A stretch of DNA of 63,995 nucleotides, filler included, from an uncultured bacterium (lineage in GTDB: Bacteria; CAYSBA01): NCBI GenBank assembly GCA_964429075.1. It is 5 parts of 5 records of this genome, joined end to end, with 100 filler letters (N's around TTAATTAATTAA, not from the genome) between each part and the next. Parts side by side here need not be neighbours in the genome. Positions count along the whole stretch, not along the records: positions 31,857 to 46,572 come from CAYSBA010000006.1; positions 46,673 to 59,739 come from CAYSBA010000007.1; 3 more parts are not named here. One strand, 5' to 3'. The position numbers were made by a program, and so were the translations under genes. Within the stretch, counting starts at the first letter, position 1. The number at the start of each line of letters is the position of its first letter. Shown here piece after piece: positions 42,701 through 53,499 of the stretch. The notes under the pieces are model-generated. The model did no database searches and was not told the origin of the DNA. It worked only from the letters and a program-made list of their open reading frames with translations.

Positions 42701-42987
42701 TCCCTGTAGAAAGGGTAAATAAGGTGAGTGAAGGAAGACCACATGTGGTAGACAGGATGGTCAATGGAGATATTGATATGGTTATAAATACTGCAGAAGG
42801 CAGACAGGCAATAAAAGATTCTTATGTTATAAGGAGACATACCCTGCTTCACAACATACCTTACTTTGTTAATCTTGAGATGGCCAGAGCAGCTGTAAAG
42901 TCAATAAAGAGGCTGAGAGAGAGTGGTGTCTCTGTAAGACCTATTCAGGACTATCTTTTAGATTATCACAGATATTATACTGCTTAA
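39712..42987 (+). CDS. carB: Carbamoyl-phosphate synthase large subunit
   Basis: [35 protein letters not shown], duplicated ATP-grasp, MGS domain. Confidence 0.99.
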   Translation: MAKRDDIESILIIGSGPIKIGQACEFDYSGSQAIKALKEDGYRIILINSNPATIMTDVEFADRTYIEPLTADFVEKVIDIERPDGILATLGGQTALNLAMELDKRDVYKRYRTKLLGVTPDIIDRTEDRKRFKEIVESIGLEVLKSLYVSNTRQALDAVEYVGFPAIIRPSYTLGGSGAFVAYNINEFRDFVEKALNESPVSKVLIEESALGWKEFEMEVIRDRADNTVIVCSIENISPMGVHTGDSVTVAPAQTLSDREYQRMRDASIAIMKAIGIDTGGSNIQFAIHPRTGRMVVIEMNPRVSRSSALASKATGFPIARVAAKLAVGYTLDELTNEITKRSSVAFEPSLDYVVIKAPRFDFNKFPGTERQLTTQMKSVGEVMAIGRTFKEALQKAFFSLEKGYNGILPRIEKTQSGLVIVEDRKLDLEEARDLLRLKLRTHREDTLFDVMDAFALGLSPDEVSSATKIDPWFISQMYEIFVEFNHLRQTRKIRLDRDKMYRLKQSGFSDRAIADALGMLESDIRRMRHSMEIKAVYKRIDTCAAEFEAYTPYVYSTYESECESLPADCKKIIILGSGPNRIGQGIEFDYCCVKAAEGFKEEGYQTIMVNCNPETVSTDYDVVDRLYFEPLTLEHVLRIIELEKPDGVVLQFGGQTPLKLAMDLNRLNIPIMGTQPDVIDIAEDRKRFESLINLLGLKKPESHTASSLDEALHIVESMGFPIIIRPSYVIGGQWMEIFHDSEGLESLITSALKVSQGRPILIDRFLADAVEVDVDLICDGRDTLIGGIMEHIEEAGVHSGDSTCILPPVHLKESIIQEIERESRLLATELGVVGLMNIQFAVKDNQVFVLEVNPRSSRSVPFVSKATGIPMAKLAAKIISGKSLKELGYSERLRPDHVAVKSVVFPFKKFPGTDILLGPQMKSTGESMGISKDFPEAFYKAQLGAENPIPLGGTVFISVKDRDKERVIEVAKELVNMHFKVIATSGTASYLEKANIPVERVNKVSEGRPHVVDRMVNGDIDMVINTAEGRQAIKDSYVIRRHTLLHNIPYFVNLEMARAAVKSIKRLRESGVSVRPIQDYLLDYHRYYTA

Positions 42988-44338
42988 TCTTTTCATTGAG
43001 GGTCTTTGTTGTAATACCAAGCAATTCTGCTGCCCTCTTTTTGTTCCATGAGGAGATTATCAAGACCCTTGATATAAGATCCTTTTCAACCTTCTCAATC
43101 TGTTTTTTAAGATTAAATCTTTCTGTCTGTACAGATGGACTTGTCAGCCCTCGCAGATCGAGAAATCGTTCAACATCCTTTTTTTCAATCACATCACCAT
43201 CGCAGAGGACAAGAAGCCTCTCTACAAAATTTTCAAGCTCTCTCACATTCCCTGGCCATGTATATGCCTTGAGCAGATCCATTGCTTCTGGACTAACCTT
43301 TTTGGGGGGGATATCCCTCCTTCTTGCGATTTTGGTGATAAAGTGTTCTACAAGGGGTTCTATATCTCCCACCCTCTCTCTCAACGGAGGTATCTTGATG
43401 GGGATTACATTAAGGCGATAAAAGAGGTCTTCCCTGAAACGTTTTGCCTTAACCTCTTCAAAGAGATCTCTCACGGTAGCAGCAATAATTCTACAGTGAA
43501 TGGGACGATCCTCTATATCACCAATCCTTCTTACCTTTCTTTCCTGCAAGACTCTGAGGAGTTTTACTTGAAGTTCAAGGGGCATCTCTCCAATCTCATC
43601 GAGAAAAACAGTACCACCCTCTGCTGCTTCAAACAATCCCTTTTTATTTTTATATGCATCTGTAAATGCACCCTTTATATAGCCAAAGAGTTCACTCTCA
43701 AGCAGTGTTGCAGGTATGGCACCACAGTTTATTGCAACAAAAGGCTGATCCTTACGTTTGCTCAAATTGTGTATCATGCGTGCAACTATCTCTTTACCCG
43801 TACCACTCTCACCATACAGCATTATAGTAGTATCATAGTCACACACCTTTTTGATCATCTCAAGTATTGATTCCATCTCTTTGCTTGTGGCAACCATGTC
43901 GTATATCTCGTTGGTAGTATCGAGGCGAGTCTTTAATCTTTTATTCTCTTCTATCAGGATTGCCCTTTCTGAGGCCTTTTGTAAACAGAACAAAAATTCT
44001 GCTGTCTCAAAGGGCTTATTGATATAGTCGTCTGCACCTGCTCTGATAGACTCAAGGGCTGTCTCAGTATCTCCATAGGCAGACATAGCAATAATAATGG
44101 CCTTACAGCCAATCTCTCTCAACCTTTTGATACACTCTATGCCATCCATTGAGGGCATCCTGAGATCGCAAATGATAAAGCCAAAGGACTTTTTTGATGC
44201 GATCTCAAGGGCTGCAGAGCCGTTCTCTGCTTCAAATACTGCATAACCCTCCCTCTCAAGGGTGACCCTAAGCATATCACGCATGCTATCTTCGTCATCT
44301 ACTACAAGCACATTTCTCAAGACATCATTTCTCATCAT
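42941..44338 (-). CDS. Sigma54-dependent response regulator (NtrC/AtoC family)
   Basis: Receiver domain with DD and phospho-Asp, [28 protein letters not shown], Fis-type HTH. Confidence 0.96.
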   Translation of the reverse strand: MMRNDVLRNVLVVDDEDSMRDMLRVTLEREGYAVFEAENGSAALEIASKKSFGFIICDLRMPSMDGIECIKRLREIGCKAIIIAMSAYGDTETALESIRAGADDYINKPFETAEFLFCLQKASERAILIEENKRLKTRLDTTNEIYDMVATSKEMESILEMIKKVCDYDTTIMLYGESGTGKEIVARMIHNLSKRKDQPFVAINCGAIPATLLESELFGYIKGAFTDAYKNKKGLFEAAEGGTVFLDEIGEMPLELQVKLLRVLQERKVRRIGDIEDRPIHCRIIAATVRDLFEEVKAKRFREDLFYRLNVIPIKIPPLRERVGDIEPLVEHFITKIARRRDIPPKKVSPEAMDLLKAYTWPGNVRELENFVERLLVLCDGDVIEKKDVERFLDLRGLTSPSVQTERFNLKKQIEKVEKDLISRVLIISSWNKKRAAELLGITTKTLNEKIKQYNICDNLKDSPE

Positions 44339-44404
44339 TTTTTTTATCTTAAAAAAAGGTTAAAAATGCAAGATAAACCCTGTCGCTATTATAATTAACA
44401 GATT

Positions 44405-44977
44405 CTAATCCAAAAATGCTCTTATTGCAAAGATCAAAAATATTACTGTTGCTATAGCCATAAGGGTGTTTCTTTCACTTCTAAGTGCCCTTTTGATTGA
44501 GAATCTATGTTCAGATTGTTGATCGTATGGTCTGAATCTTGGTATAAAACGTGGAACCATTCCTTTGTACCTCAAATACTTATCACCGAAAAGTCTTTCA
44601 AGGGTCTTTTCTTCTAGCGAAACAATCATTGAATACTGGCATACAAATAGGATAATATAGGCAACCAGAAGATAAGGGAAAAGTGAATTAGCAAATATCA
44701 CAACCCCTGCAGCAAGTATAAAATTGCCAAGATATAAAGGATTTCTAACATATGCGAAGGGTCCTGAAGTAACAAGAGACTGAGCACCTACATTTCTTGT
44801 CCTAGTTGCACCTCCTGCAACGCCAACACCCCATATTCTTATAAGTTCACCTGTAATAATAAGAACCGATCCGACAATTATAGAAATATGTGTTGGCCTG
44901 GCATAATAGAGAAGGATCACCAAAAATGGAACAGGTGTTATTCCCCTTGCCCTGAAGAGTTGTTCTCTTAAATCCAT
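44405..44977 (-). CDS. Isoprenylcysteine carboxyl methyltransferase (ICMT/PEMT)-family membrane protein
   Basis: LVTSGPFAYVRNPLYLG, EEKTL..FG..Y..Y...VPRFIP. Confidence 0.9.
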   Translation of the reverse strand: MDLREQLFRARGITPVPFLVILLYYARPTHISIIVGSVLIITGELIRIWGVGVAGGATRTRNVGAQSLVTSGPFAYVRNPLYLGNFILAAGVVIFANSLFPYLLVAYIILFVCQYSMIVSLEEKTLERLFGDKYLRYKGMVPRFIPRFRPYDQQSEHRFSIKRALRSERNTLMAIATVIFLIFAIRAFLD

Positions 44978-44979
44978 CT

Positions 44980-46572
44980 TTAATAGTAATAAATTGTTAG
45001 ATCGTCTGGCGAGGTGCTGTCTGGTCTTTCGAGGATTCCAACGCCATTTACAGCAGGTAGTAGAAAGCCAAGGTGTATTCCTGCATCATCACTGAACTCA
45101 AACATATCAGCTATAGAGTAGCTGTTGGTATGGAATATGTATGGAGACCTTTGATCTGATATTGCAAACTCGATATAATAGTCTGTTTGGGGCTCTTCTG
45201 TACCTTCTGTAACATGAAAGCCAAGAACCGGATTGTTATCATCTTCTTTGATCCATCTAAAGTCTTCGCCAGGCAGTACCCTACCAATATATCCAAATTT
45301 ATCTGTTGAAATAACAAAGCCCTCTGATGCCCTTAAGTCTACAGATGCTTGATTATTCACACAATCTTCGGGCACAGAAGTACCATCTATAATGAGTGAA
45401 TTCCCATCAATATCAACAATTTCTATTGTTGTATCCCTTTTAAGTCCGCACTCCAGATTATCCCTAATAACAATAATATCCCCCTTTTTTATATCAATAT
45501 TTGAGATATTAGATTCTACTTCAAAAACATCTTTATGCAGGGTACCAATCAGCCCTGAAGCAAGGATACCCCTGTAAGTAAGCCTTACTCTGTAATCAAA
45601 AAGAGAGAAGGGGTCAAAGAGTATGCCATGTTTAGAATCTTCACCACTGAAATACTCCTCGTCAATCCTGGGGAGGTCCTTCTTATCTACACTGTATGTG
45701 ATATCCGATACTGTTTCTGAGTTGTCTTCTGTATAGATGAGATCTTTTGTGGATCTATCAAAGAAATACAGATCTCCATTTAATGTCCCTATTGCAATGG
45801 CATTTTCATACATGATGTTATCTATCGAGATTTGATAATCCTTGAGTGATGCCACGGCTGAAATACGTTGTGAAATTGGTATGGCCTCATAAAATAATTG
45901 ATTAAATGGATGGGGGTTGTTAACAACAAAATCGTCAGCAGATACCGTATAAAAGGTATCGCCAGAATCAAGGAATATTAAACCATCTGCAATAGACGCC
46001 CTGATGATCCTATTTTGAATCTTAAGTGAATCTGTCTGTTCTGTAGAAGGATCCAGTCTTTTTAGACTCTTTCTATTATCACAAAGATAGTAGAGTCTTT
46101 TATCCCAGCATAAGAGTTGAATTATACTACATTCTGCCTCAAAAGGTCCGTTAACTGTATTTCCATCTTTATTTATAATAACTATAGTATTCTCATTTTC
46201 ACTGATAGCAATTGTCTCTTTTTCTTGATCATAGCCACACAGAAGGGGGATCGATTCTGTATCTATCCATCTGGATTCAACTGACGGATCCTCATCAAGC
46301 AGGGTTTTAAGATCTATAACGCGTAGCCCTTTTTTTGTTGCATACCCAATATATAGCTCATCTCCTGTAACAACCATCTTGGAGGGAGGTCCATCGAGAG
46401 GTAGTTTTATGCTGAGACTCTCAAATACCGGTACTGTAACAAATTGATCCTTTTTAAGATCAAAAACTCTAAGTGACTCAGAACCTGACTCTCCAATTAA
46501 AAGATAACTTTTCCAGATTGCACCGCTATTTGGGTTGTTCAGTATGCCGCCCATTGTAGAGGGATTTGACGT
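44980..46572 (-). CDS. Hypothetical beta-rich acidic protein (5' truncated)
   Basis: Frame open to the contig edge, more than 524 aa; propeller-like first half; no family recognised. Confidence 0.7.
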   Translation of the reverse strand, partial: TSNPSTMGGILNNPNSGAIWKSYLLIGESGSESLRVFDLKKDQFVTVPVFESLSIKLPLDGPPSKMVVTGDELYIGYATKKGLRVIDLKTLLDEDPSVESRWIDTESIPLLCGYDQEKETIAISENENTIVIINKDGNTVNGPFEAECSIIQLLCWDKRLYYLCDNRKSLKRLDPSTEQTDSLKIQNRIIRASIADGLIFLDSGDTFYTVSADDFVVNNPHPFNQLFYEAIPISQRISAVASLKDYQISIDNIMYENAIAIGTLNGDLYFFDRSTKDLIYTEDNSETVSDITYSVDKKDLPRIDEEYFSGEDSKHGILFDPFSLFDYRVRLTYRGILASGLIGTLHKDVFEVESNISNIDIKKGDIIVIRDNLECGLKRDTTIEIVDIDGNSLIIDGTSVPEDCVNNQASVDLRASEGFVISTDKFGYIGRVLPGEDFRWIKEDDNNPVLGFHVTEGTEEPQTDYYIEFAISDQRSPYIFHTNSYSIADMFEFSDDAGIHLGFLLPAVNGVGILERPDSTSPDDLTIYYY

Positions 46573-46672
46573 NNNNNNNNNNNNNNNNNNNNNNNNNNNN
46601 NNNNNNNNNNNNNNNNTTAATTAATTAANNNNNNNNNNNNNNNNNNNNNNNNNNNNNNNNNNNNNNNNNNNN
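46573..46672. other. Artificial contig-joining spacer
   Basis: N-TTAATTAATTAA-N. Confidence 0.98.
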
Positions 46673-46674
46673 AA

Positions 46675-46863
46675 CAGCTACTGCCTGCACCTTACCAAAC
46701 CCTTCATATTCTAAAGCCCTATCCTGTAAGAAGGATTGATCTACACCTAAAGGATGGGTATGGTGTGGTACTTGATGATGCAATATCAGGGATATATGCT
46801 AACTTTGTCTTAAGGCTATTTATAGCCCTTCACATACTACCTGTTATACATATTTTTAGATGA
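46675..46863 (+). CDS. pgpA: Phosphatidylglycerophosphatase A, C-terminal fragment
   Basis: Not in the track. Translates as ILKPYPVRRIDLHLKDGYGVVLDDAISGIYAN, matching the PgpA KP.P..G.G...DD..G motif; 5' part cut at the contig edge. Confidence 0.75.
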   Translation, partial: QLLPAPYQTLHILKPYPVRRIDLHLKDGYGVVLDDAISGIYANFVLRLFIALHILPVIHIFR

Positions 46864-47637
46864 GCCCTTCTCACTCCTTTTTGCCTCCTCCCACAACGCA
46901 TCCAGTGTCTCCATAGATTCATCTATTACCCTTTTGCCATTTTTTTGTAATCTTTTTTCAATAAAAGAAAATCTTCTTCTGAATTTTAAGTTTGCCTCTC
47001 TCAGACAATTCTCTGCACAAAGATCATAAAATCTACAGAGGTTTACAAGTATAAAAAAGAGATCACCTATCTCTTCAGAGATCTCACTTTTCTTGCCATC
47101 TTTCAGGGCATCGAGTAGTTCACCAAATTCCTCTTTCAACTTTTTAACAACCCCATCTTTATCGTTCCAGTCAAAGCCCACACAGGCCGCCCTCTTTGAT
47201 ATCTTTTCAGCTTCAATAAGTGCAGGTAAATTTCTCGGCACACCATCTAAAAGCCCATCTTTATCTTTTACCTTCTTTTCTTCCCACTTTCTCAGGGCCT
47301 CTACAGCCGTCTTTGCATATTCAGTCTCTTTGAAGACATGAGGGTGTCTTTTTATCAATTTTTCTATTATCCCTTCAACTACCTGATCTAATGTTCCCCT
47401 CTTCTCTTCTTCAAGTAATCTTGAATAGAAAAAAACATGGTGTAAGAGATCACCAAGTTCCTCTACAATATGTTTATTATCACCACTTTCGATCGCATCT
47501 GCCAGTTCATAGGCCTCTTCTATTGTATATCCTTTAATACTGCTTAAGGTCTGTTCCCTATCCCATGGACAGCCACCTTCTCCCCTTAAGCGATCGGTTA
47601 TCTCTTTCAATCTTCTCAGTTTTTCTGCAAAATCCAT
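46837..47637 (-). CDS. mazG: Nucleoside triphosphate pyrophosphohydrolase MazG
   Basis: GCPWDREQT, EEAYE, EELGDLL, RHPHVF, GFDW, EEIGDL, KFRRRF. Confidence 0.97.
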   Translation of the reverse strand: MDFAEKLRRLKEITDRLRGEGGCPWDREQTLSSIKGYTIEEAYELADAIESGDNKHIVEELGDLLHHVFFYSRLLEEEKRGTLDQVVEGIIEKLIKRHPHVFKETEYAKTAVEALRKWEEKKVKDKDGLLDGVPRNLPALIEAEKISKRAACVGFDWNDKDGVVKKLKEEFGELLDALKDGKKSEISEEIGDLFFILVNLCRFYDLCAENCLREANLKFRRRFSFIEKRLQKNGKRVIDESMETLDALWEEAKRSEKGSSKNMYNR

Positions 47638-47642
47638 AACAA

Positions 47643-49394
47643 TTATAATGATGGAAAAAAATGATCTGTACTATCCTGCCTTGGTGGTCTTTTGTCTCTT
47701 CTCCTCTCTTCAAGTCCGGTATGTTCGTCTGGAGTACCAGGATCTATAATATCACTACCTGTAAGTGGCATCCCTACCTGAAATACAAGTGCTGGTATAA
47801 GCACTTTTGACTCAAGCTCTACTCTTTTCTCATTGAGTTGTGGTATTGAATCTGGATTTTCCAGAAGTATATCGCCAATACTGTCTCTTGCAAGGTCAAT
47901 TGGTCCTGTCTTTATTATTGCTGACAACCCCTCCGCACGGGCAGCGTATGTTACAAAGGCAGCAATCCTTCCCAATTTTCTGTATTCTAAATCACCCTTT
48001 CTGGTATCTATACAGAATATTGTACACCTTGGGTGTGTATTTTTGAACTTCAAAAAGAATCTTCCAAAACCAGATGCAAGTGATTTCATCATCCTTGCAA
48101 AGAGGGCTGCTGTAAGAGGACGGTTGCGGGAATCTACAATAATACCATCTTTTTCTCTAAATCTTCCATCAAGAAAAAGCCTGTCTCTCAAATAACAGCC
48201 AATCCACTCTTTTTTTATTGGATCATTCTTCTTTAGTTCAATATCTATCAGGTTGTTTTTTAAGAGAAAATTTGAAAGGTTCTCTACAGTAAAGGTTGAC
48301 AAAAATCCACCACCCTGATCATTCCCGTACAATGATTCGTGCATCGCAATTCCAATTTTATCAAGTGTAGTGTGAAATTTGTTAAAGTTGAAATAGGTTA
48401 TACCACTTTCCTGTTCTAATCCCTCCGGGGCCTCAAAGATGTTTCTGATCATAGTGCTCTGTACCTCCTTACCAGGGGAGGCAACTCGCTGTGTTGATCT
48501 GTACATTAAAAGATTCCAGAAGTCATCGTAAATTATACCTTCAAATCCATCATGGCCTCTCCCAACAACAAAGAGTGCATCTGGTATGTATCGTCCTTCT
48601 TCTACCATCGATTTGAGCCTGCTGTAGCGATCGATATCTACTTTTTGAAGGGAATTTCTTAATGATGTGATTACGATATCTTTTATGATTTTTATCTCAT
48701 TATCATCGCTCAGAACATATTCCTGAAAATATAGCCTGCGTGAAAAAGCGGCCATCTGAAATACAGCTGAGTATATACCTGCATCAATCAGCTCTTCCTT
48801 TGCGGTCACAGAATTTCCAAAAGGCTCAAGTACATCACCAAGTAAGGACTCGTATCGGTCCCTTCTCAATAGGACGAATATTGGACAGTCAGGCGATATA
48901 TCTGGAAATTTTTTGTATATATCTTTTATCCTCTCCTTTAGACTTCTTTCTTTTATCTCAACGAGGCGCATTGGCTCCCAGTTTGTTGCTGAGGGTGCCC
49001 ATACACCGGCAAAAGAGCACCATAGTATATCTTCGAGTTCTGGAGAGTATATTTTGGAAGGCCGTTTTACTCTTTTTATCGTATCAAGAAAACCTTTGAA
49101 GCTGTTGAATCTGCTGTATGTTCTGCCAAGTCTTCCGTCTGAGAAGACAGTCCATGTATCCCCACCATTTGTTAATGATATGGCTGATCCGTCAATGTCT
49201 ACAAAACTACCACACTTTTTCGCCTTTTCTCTTGCCCTGTTGAGCTCTTCTATAAAGGAATTATAAATCTCTTCAAAGATCTGGTCTCTTTTTTTTATAT
49301 CAATGCCGATCAGTCTTCCACAGACTCCCTCTTTTTTCCTCTGATCAGAGAAGTTCTTAATCCTGTCGAAGAGTATAGATTTGCCAGAGGTCAT
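47643..49394 (-). CDS. Uncharacterised protein with two divergent nitroreductase-fold domains
   Basis: Domain 1: ELEDIL..WAPSATNWEP, DAGIYSAVFQMAA. Domain 2: LLMYRSTQR, LGRIAAFVTYAARAEGL, LVFQVGMP..RPPR. Confidence 0.55.
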   Translation of the reverse strand: MTSGKSILFDRIKNFSDQRKKEGVCGRLIGIDIKKRDQIFEEIYNSFIEELNRAREKAKKCGSFVDIDGSAISLTNGGDTWTVFSDGRLGRTYSRFNSFKGFLDTIKRVKRPSKIYSPELEDILWCSFAGVWAPSATNWEPMRLVEIKERSLKERIKDIYKKFPDISPDCPIFVLLRRDRYESLLGDVLEPFGNSVTAKEELIDAGIYSAVFQMAAFSRRLYFQEYVLSDDNEIKIIKDIVITSLRNSLQKVDIDRYSRLKSMVEEGRYIPDALFVVGRGHDGFEGIIYDDFWNLLMYRSTQRVASPGKEVQSTMIRNIFEAPEGLEQESGITYFNFNKFHTTLDKIGIAMHESLYGNDQGGGFLSTFTVENLSNFLLKNNLIDIELKKNDPIKKEWIGCYLRDRLFLDGRFREKDGIIVDSRNRPLTAALFARMMKSLASGFGRFFLKFKNTHPRCTIFCIDTRKGDLEYRKLGRIAAFVTYAARAEGLSAIIKTGPIDLARDSIGDILLENPDSIPQLNEKRVELESKVLIPALVFQVGMPLTGSDIIDPGTPDEHTGLEERRRDKRPPRQDSTDHFFPSL

Positions 49395-49396
49395 AT

Positions 49397-51421
49397 TTAG
49401 CCTTCTGAGGCCTTTTTAGATTCTTCTATAATCTTCTGTTGTAGGTGTGGCGGGACTATTTCGTAGTGGTCGAACTCCATTGTAAAATAACCCTGACCCT
49501 GTGTCATTGTTGACAGTTCTGCAGCAAATTGCTGAATCTCTGCTTGAGGTGCCAGTGCAACAATACGTTGAAACCCTCCAAGAGGCTCCATCTTTAAGAT
49601 TTTACCCCTTTTTGAGGTAATATCGCCGTTTATCTGACCTATATAGTCGTCCGGAACTACGATCTCAAGCTTCATTATGGGTTCAAGAATGACAGGTGCA
49701 GCCTGTTCATAGGCCTTCTTAAATCCAAGACTTCCAGCAATCTGAAATGCCATATCAGATGAATCCACTGAATGATGAGAACCATCGTAAAGCGTTACTT
49801 TTACGTCAACAATAGGATATCCTGCAAGAAGACCCTTTTCCATTGTATCCTTTATACCCTTTTCTACGGAGGGTATGAAATTCTTTGGTATAACACCACC
49901 CACAATGTTGTCAACAAATTCAAAACCCTTACCTCTTGGTTGGGGCTCGATTTTTATCCATGTATCACCATATTGTCCACGTCCGCCGGTCTGTTTTTTA
50001 TATTTCCCTTGAGCATTGGCACTCTTTGTGATCGTCTCTCTGTAAGGTATCTTGGGAGGCAAAAGTTCGATCTCTACATCAAACTTCCTCTTTAATCTTT
50101 CGGTAAATATGTCTATCTGAATCTGACCAAGACCACCAAGGATCAATTCTTTTGTCTGAGGCTCCCTGAATAAAACAAGTGATGATTCCTCTTGCAGCAA
50201 TCTGTTCATCGAACTTGTAATCTTCTGTTCATCCTTCTGACCCTTTGGTTTGACAGCGTAAAAGAGAACAGGCTTTTGTGGGGGTTCAGTATGTATCACC
50301 CGCTGTTGCTTAGAGGTACAGAGGGTGTCTCCAATATGGGTATCAGACAGCTTTGGCAAAACAACTATATCTCCAATAACTGCCCTATCAGTCTTTACAA
50401 GATCTTTACCTTTAACGATCTGAATGCCCGATATCTTTTCTGATACCCTCTTTGTGCTGTTAAAAAGGGGTGTGGAGCTATCAATTACCCCTGCCATCAC
50501 TTTGACGTATGAAAATTTTCCACTGAAAGGATCGAAAGATGTATTAAAAACATATCCGAGAAAACCTGAATCTTCACTTCCCTGTTCTTCTCCTTCTTCG
50601 AGCTTGATAGTCTTTTTATCTGGCGATGGTACATAATTATCGAGGGCTGACAAAAGTTGTGGTATGCCTGTCAGATTGAGAGCAGATGTGCAAAAGAGAG
50701 GGATGATCTCTCCAGAAAGGATCCCTTTTATCATTACAGGACCCAGCACATCCATAGAGATATCTCCAGTTTCAAGATATTTCTCCATCAGCTCCTCATC
50801 CTGTTCAACTATTGACTCTATCGCCTGAACTCTCAACTCTTCAAAAGATGAGCCTACTGCATCAGGACTAACCTCTGTGAATTTTGTATCTCCAGGTTTG
50901 TGAGAATATCCCTTGTTTTCAAATAGATTAAAAACCCCTGCTTGAGAATCACCAAGAGGTACAGTAACAGGCATAAAGCTACCACCACCAAATCTCAATT
51001 TAAGGTCATCAATGATTGAAGAGATGTTTATACCTTTATCAATCCCATTAATGACAACAAATACAGGTGTTTTTGAGTCCTTTATATCTTCCCATATACG
51101 AAGTCCATGTACTGTCAATCCCTTTTCTGGATTATAGACAAATAATACTCCATCTGAGACTATTATTGCGTTTTGAATGTCCTTTCTATATTCAAATATC
51201 CCGGGCGTATCAATAAAATTAAACCCCCCACAGGAGAAGGCCTTTAATTTTATCGTGAACTTTCTCTTTTTTTCCTCCTCTTCGGTATCAATAAGAGAAG
51301 GTGCTTCTGGATCTTCCCTCCTTGTTGATATAACCTTATTTAGAAACAGGATAGATTCTATAAGCTGAGTCTTTCCTGAGCCATCAGATCCAACTACTGC
51401 AATTGTTCTTTTGTATCCCAT
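49397..51421 (-). CDS. Elongation factor G-like paralogue (EF-G2)
   Basis: EF-G domains II-V intact (YRETI, KKQTGGRGQYG, DGSHHSVDSS..AF, ILEPIM); degenerate G domain; outside the str operon. Confidence 0.92.
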   Translation of the reverse strand: MGYKRTIAVVGSDGSGKTQLIESILFLNKVISTRREDPEAPSLIDTEEEEKKRKFTIKLKAFSCGGFNFIDTPGIFEYRKDIQNAIIVSDGVLFVYNPEKGLTVHGLRIWEDIKDSKTPVFVVINGIDKGINISSIIDDLKLRFGGGSFMPVTVPLGDSQAGVFNLFENKGYSHKPGDTKFTEVSPDAVGSSFEELRVQAIESIVEQDEELMEKYLETGDISMDVLGPVMIKGILSGEIIPLFCTSALNLTGIPQLLSALDNYVPSPDKKTIKLEEGEEQGSEDSGFLGYVFNTSFDPFSGKFSYVKVMAGVIDSSTPLFNSTKRVSEKISGIQIVKGKDLVKTDRAVIGDIVVLPKLSDTHIGDTLCTSKQQRVIHTEPPQKPVLFYAVKPKGQKDEQKITSSMNRLLQEESSLVLFREPQTKELILGGLGQIQIDIFTERLKRKFDVEIELLPPKIPYRETITKSANAQGKYKKQTGGRGQYGDTWIKIEPQPRGKGFEFVDNIVGGVIPKNFIPSVEKGIKDTMEKGLLAGYPIVDVKVTLYDGSHHSVDSSDMAFQIAGSLGFKKAYEQAAPVILEPIMKLEIVVPDDYIGQINGDITSKRGKILKMEPLGGFQRIVALAPQAEIQQFAAELSTMTQGQGYFTMEFDHYEIVPPHLQQKIIEESKKASEG

Positions 51422-51480
51422 CCCAATTCTCCATTTTGAATTCAAATTTACTTATAACAGCCCTGTATAAAACTTCAACC

Positions 51481-53499
51481 CTATGAGAGCAGTGGTGCAA
51501 TAACAAGCGCAATAATAGATATGAGCTTAATCAGAATGTTCAATGATGGACCTGCTGTATCCTTGAATGGATCTCCAACAGTATCACCAACAACAGCAGC
51601 CTTGTGAACCTCAGAACCCTTACCACCAAAGTTACCAGCCTCTATGAATTTTTTGGCATTATCCCATGCACCGCCTGCATTCGCCATAAAGATTGCAAGT
51701 AAAACTCCAGATACCGTAACTCCTACAAGCAGTCCACCAAGCATCTCTTTACTACCCAAAAAACCAACCAGGATTGGTGCAAGCAGTGCAAGGACACCGG
51801 GCATGATCATCTGCTTTATTGCACCTTTTGTACTGATGTCCACGCACCTTGCATAATCTGCTTCTGCCTTTCCCTCCAGAAGACCCGGAATCTCCTTAAA
51901 CTGTCTCCTTACCTCTTCTATCATCTTGTATGCAGCCTTTCCGACTGCCCTCAACGCCATCGATGAGAAAACAAATGGTAGAGTTGCGCCTATAAATATA
52001 CCTGCCATTATAGATGGATTACTGACATCAATACTGGACAATTTCACCTGAGATTTAAACGCCGCAAAGAGTGCAAGGGCTGTAAGAGCTGCAGAACCGA
52101 TTGCAAAGCCCTTTCCTATTGCTGCTGTTGTATTACCCACTGCATCAAGCCTATCGGTTCTCTTTCTTACCTCTGGACCAAGTTCTGCCATCTCAGCAAT
52201 TCCACCTGCATTGTCTGAGATCGGCCCATAGGCATCCACTGAAAGCTGTATCCCCGTTGTAGAAAGCATGCCAAGCGCTGCAAGGGCAATTCCATAAAGA
52301 CCTGCAAACTTGCTTGCAATCACGATTGCAGCTGCAATCGCAACGAGGGGTAACCAGGTGCTCCACATACCGTTTGCGATACCACTTAAGATATTTGTTG
52401 CAGTACCTGTCTGTGAATCGTGGGCAATATTCTGTGCCGGGGACTTCAGTTCTGATGTATAATACTCTGTGGAAAGTCCAACTATAATTCCGCATATCAA
52501 CCCGGCAATAGTTGCATAAAAGACACCCATTGCACGATCAGCAGGCAACATCCACTTAATAATGAAGTATGCAAACACGAGCATCAGAAAGGCCGAAATA
52601 AAAGTTCCAAGATTAAGGGCCTTCTGAGGATCACCATCCTCTTTTGTCTTAACAAACAGTGTACCGACTATCGAGGCTATCACACCAGCACCGGCAAGGA
52701 AGAGAGGCAGAACAACTGCTCCTTTTACATTGACCCAGTTTGCAGATATCCCAAGGACCATTGCACCAATAATTGCACCTATATAAGATTCAAAGAGATC
52801 GGCCCCCATACCAGCCACATCACCCACATTGTCTCCAACATTATCAGCAATAACTGCAGGGTTTCGTGGATCGTCTTCCGGTATACCCGCCTCAACCTTA
52901 CCAACTAAATCTGCACCCATGTCTGCTGCCTTTGTGTATATACCACCACCTACCCTTGCAAATAAGGCTATCGAACTCGCACCAAGGCTGAATCCGGTTA
53001 TTACTGCAAGCAGTCTCTCCATATCGGGAAATATATTTCTGTAGATGATAAAAAGGCTACCAAGTCCCAATAAACCGAGCCCAACAACACACATTCCCAT
53101 AACAGAGCCACCAGAAAAGGCCACAGACAGCGCCTTTATCAGGCTATTCTTTGCAGCGCTCGCAGTTCTTCCATTAGAGAGGGTTGCTACTCTCATTCCT
53201 ATATAACCTGCAAGGGCAGAACAGAATGCACCTATTACAAATGATAGTGCAATCAGGGCATGACTACGTGGATTTCTTGCGTTACTAACACCGAGCAATA
53301 TTGCAATAACAATAACGAATCCTACAAGGACACTGTACTCAGCCTTTAGAAAGGCCATTGCCCCCTGTCTGATATAACCGGTTATCTTTACAACCTTCTC
53401 ATTTCCTGGATCCTGTTTTTTGATCCAGACTGTCTTAAAAAATGCATAGATTAATGCAAGGATTCCTGCAGCTGGAACCAGAAGTAGATAATCTTTCAT
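51481..53499 (-). CDS. hppA: Membrane pyrophosphatase, K+-dependent, probably Na+-translocating
   Basis: [41 protein letters not shown] (Ala marks K+ dependence), [10 protein letters not shown]. Confidence 0.96.
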   Translation of the reverse strand: MKDYLLLVPAAGILALIYAFFKTVWIKKQDPGNEKVVKITGYIRQGAMAFLKAEYSVLVGFVIVIAILLGVSNARNPRSHALIALSFVIGAFCSALAGYIGMRVATLSNGRTASAAKNSLIKALSVAFSGGSVMGMCVVGLGLLGLGSLFIIYRNIFPDMERLLAVITGFSLGASSIALFARVGGGIYTKAADMGADLVGKVEAGIPEDDPRNPAVIADNVGDNVGDVAGMGADLFESYIGAIIGAMVLGISANWVNVKGAVVLPLFLAGAGVIASIVGTLFVKTKEDGDPQKALNLGTFISAFLMLVFAYFIIKWMLPADRAMGVFYATIAGLICGIIVGLSTEYYTSELKSPAQNIAHDSQTGTATNILSGIANGMWSTWLPLVAIAAAIVIASKFAGLYGIALAALGMLSTTGIQLSVDAYGPISDNAGGIAEMAELGPEVRKRTDRLDAVGNTTAAIGKGFAIGSAALTALALFAAFKSQVKLSSIDVSNPSIMAGIFIGATLPFVFSSMALRAVGKAAYKMIEEVRRQFKEIPGLLEGKAEADYARCVDISTKGAIKQMIMPGVLALLAPILVGFLGSKEMLGGLLVGVTVSGVLLAIFMANAGGAWDNAKKFIEAGNFGGKGSEVHKAAVVGDTVGDPFKDTAGPSLNILIKLISIIALVIAPLLS

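Noticed and set aside
39712..42987. carB without adjacent carA
   Set aside because: Split carA/carB loci are common and the assembly is fragmented
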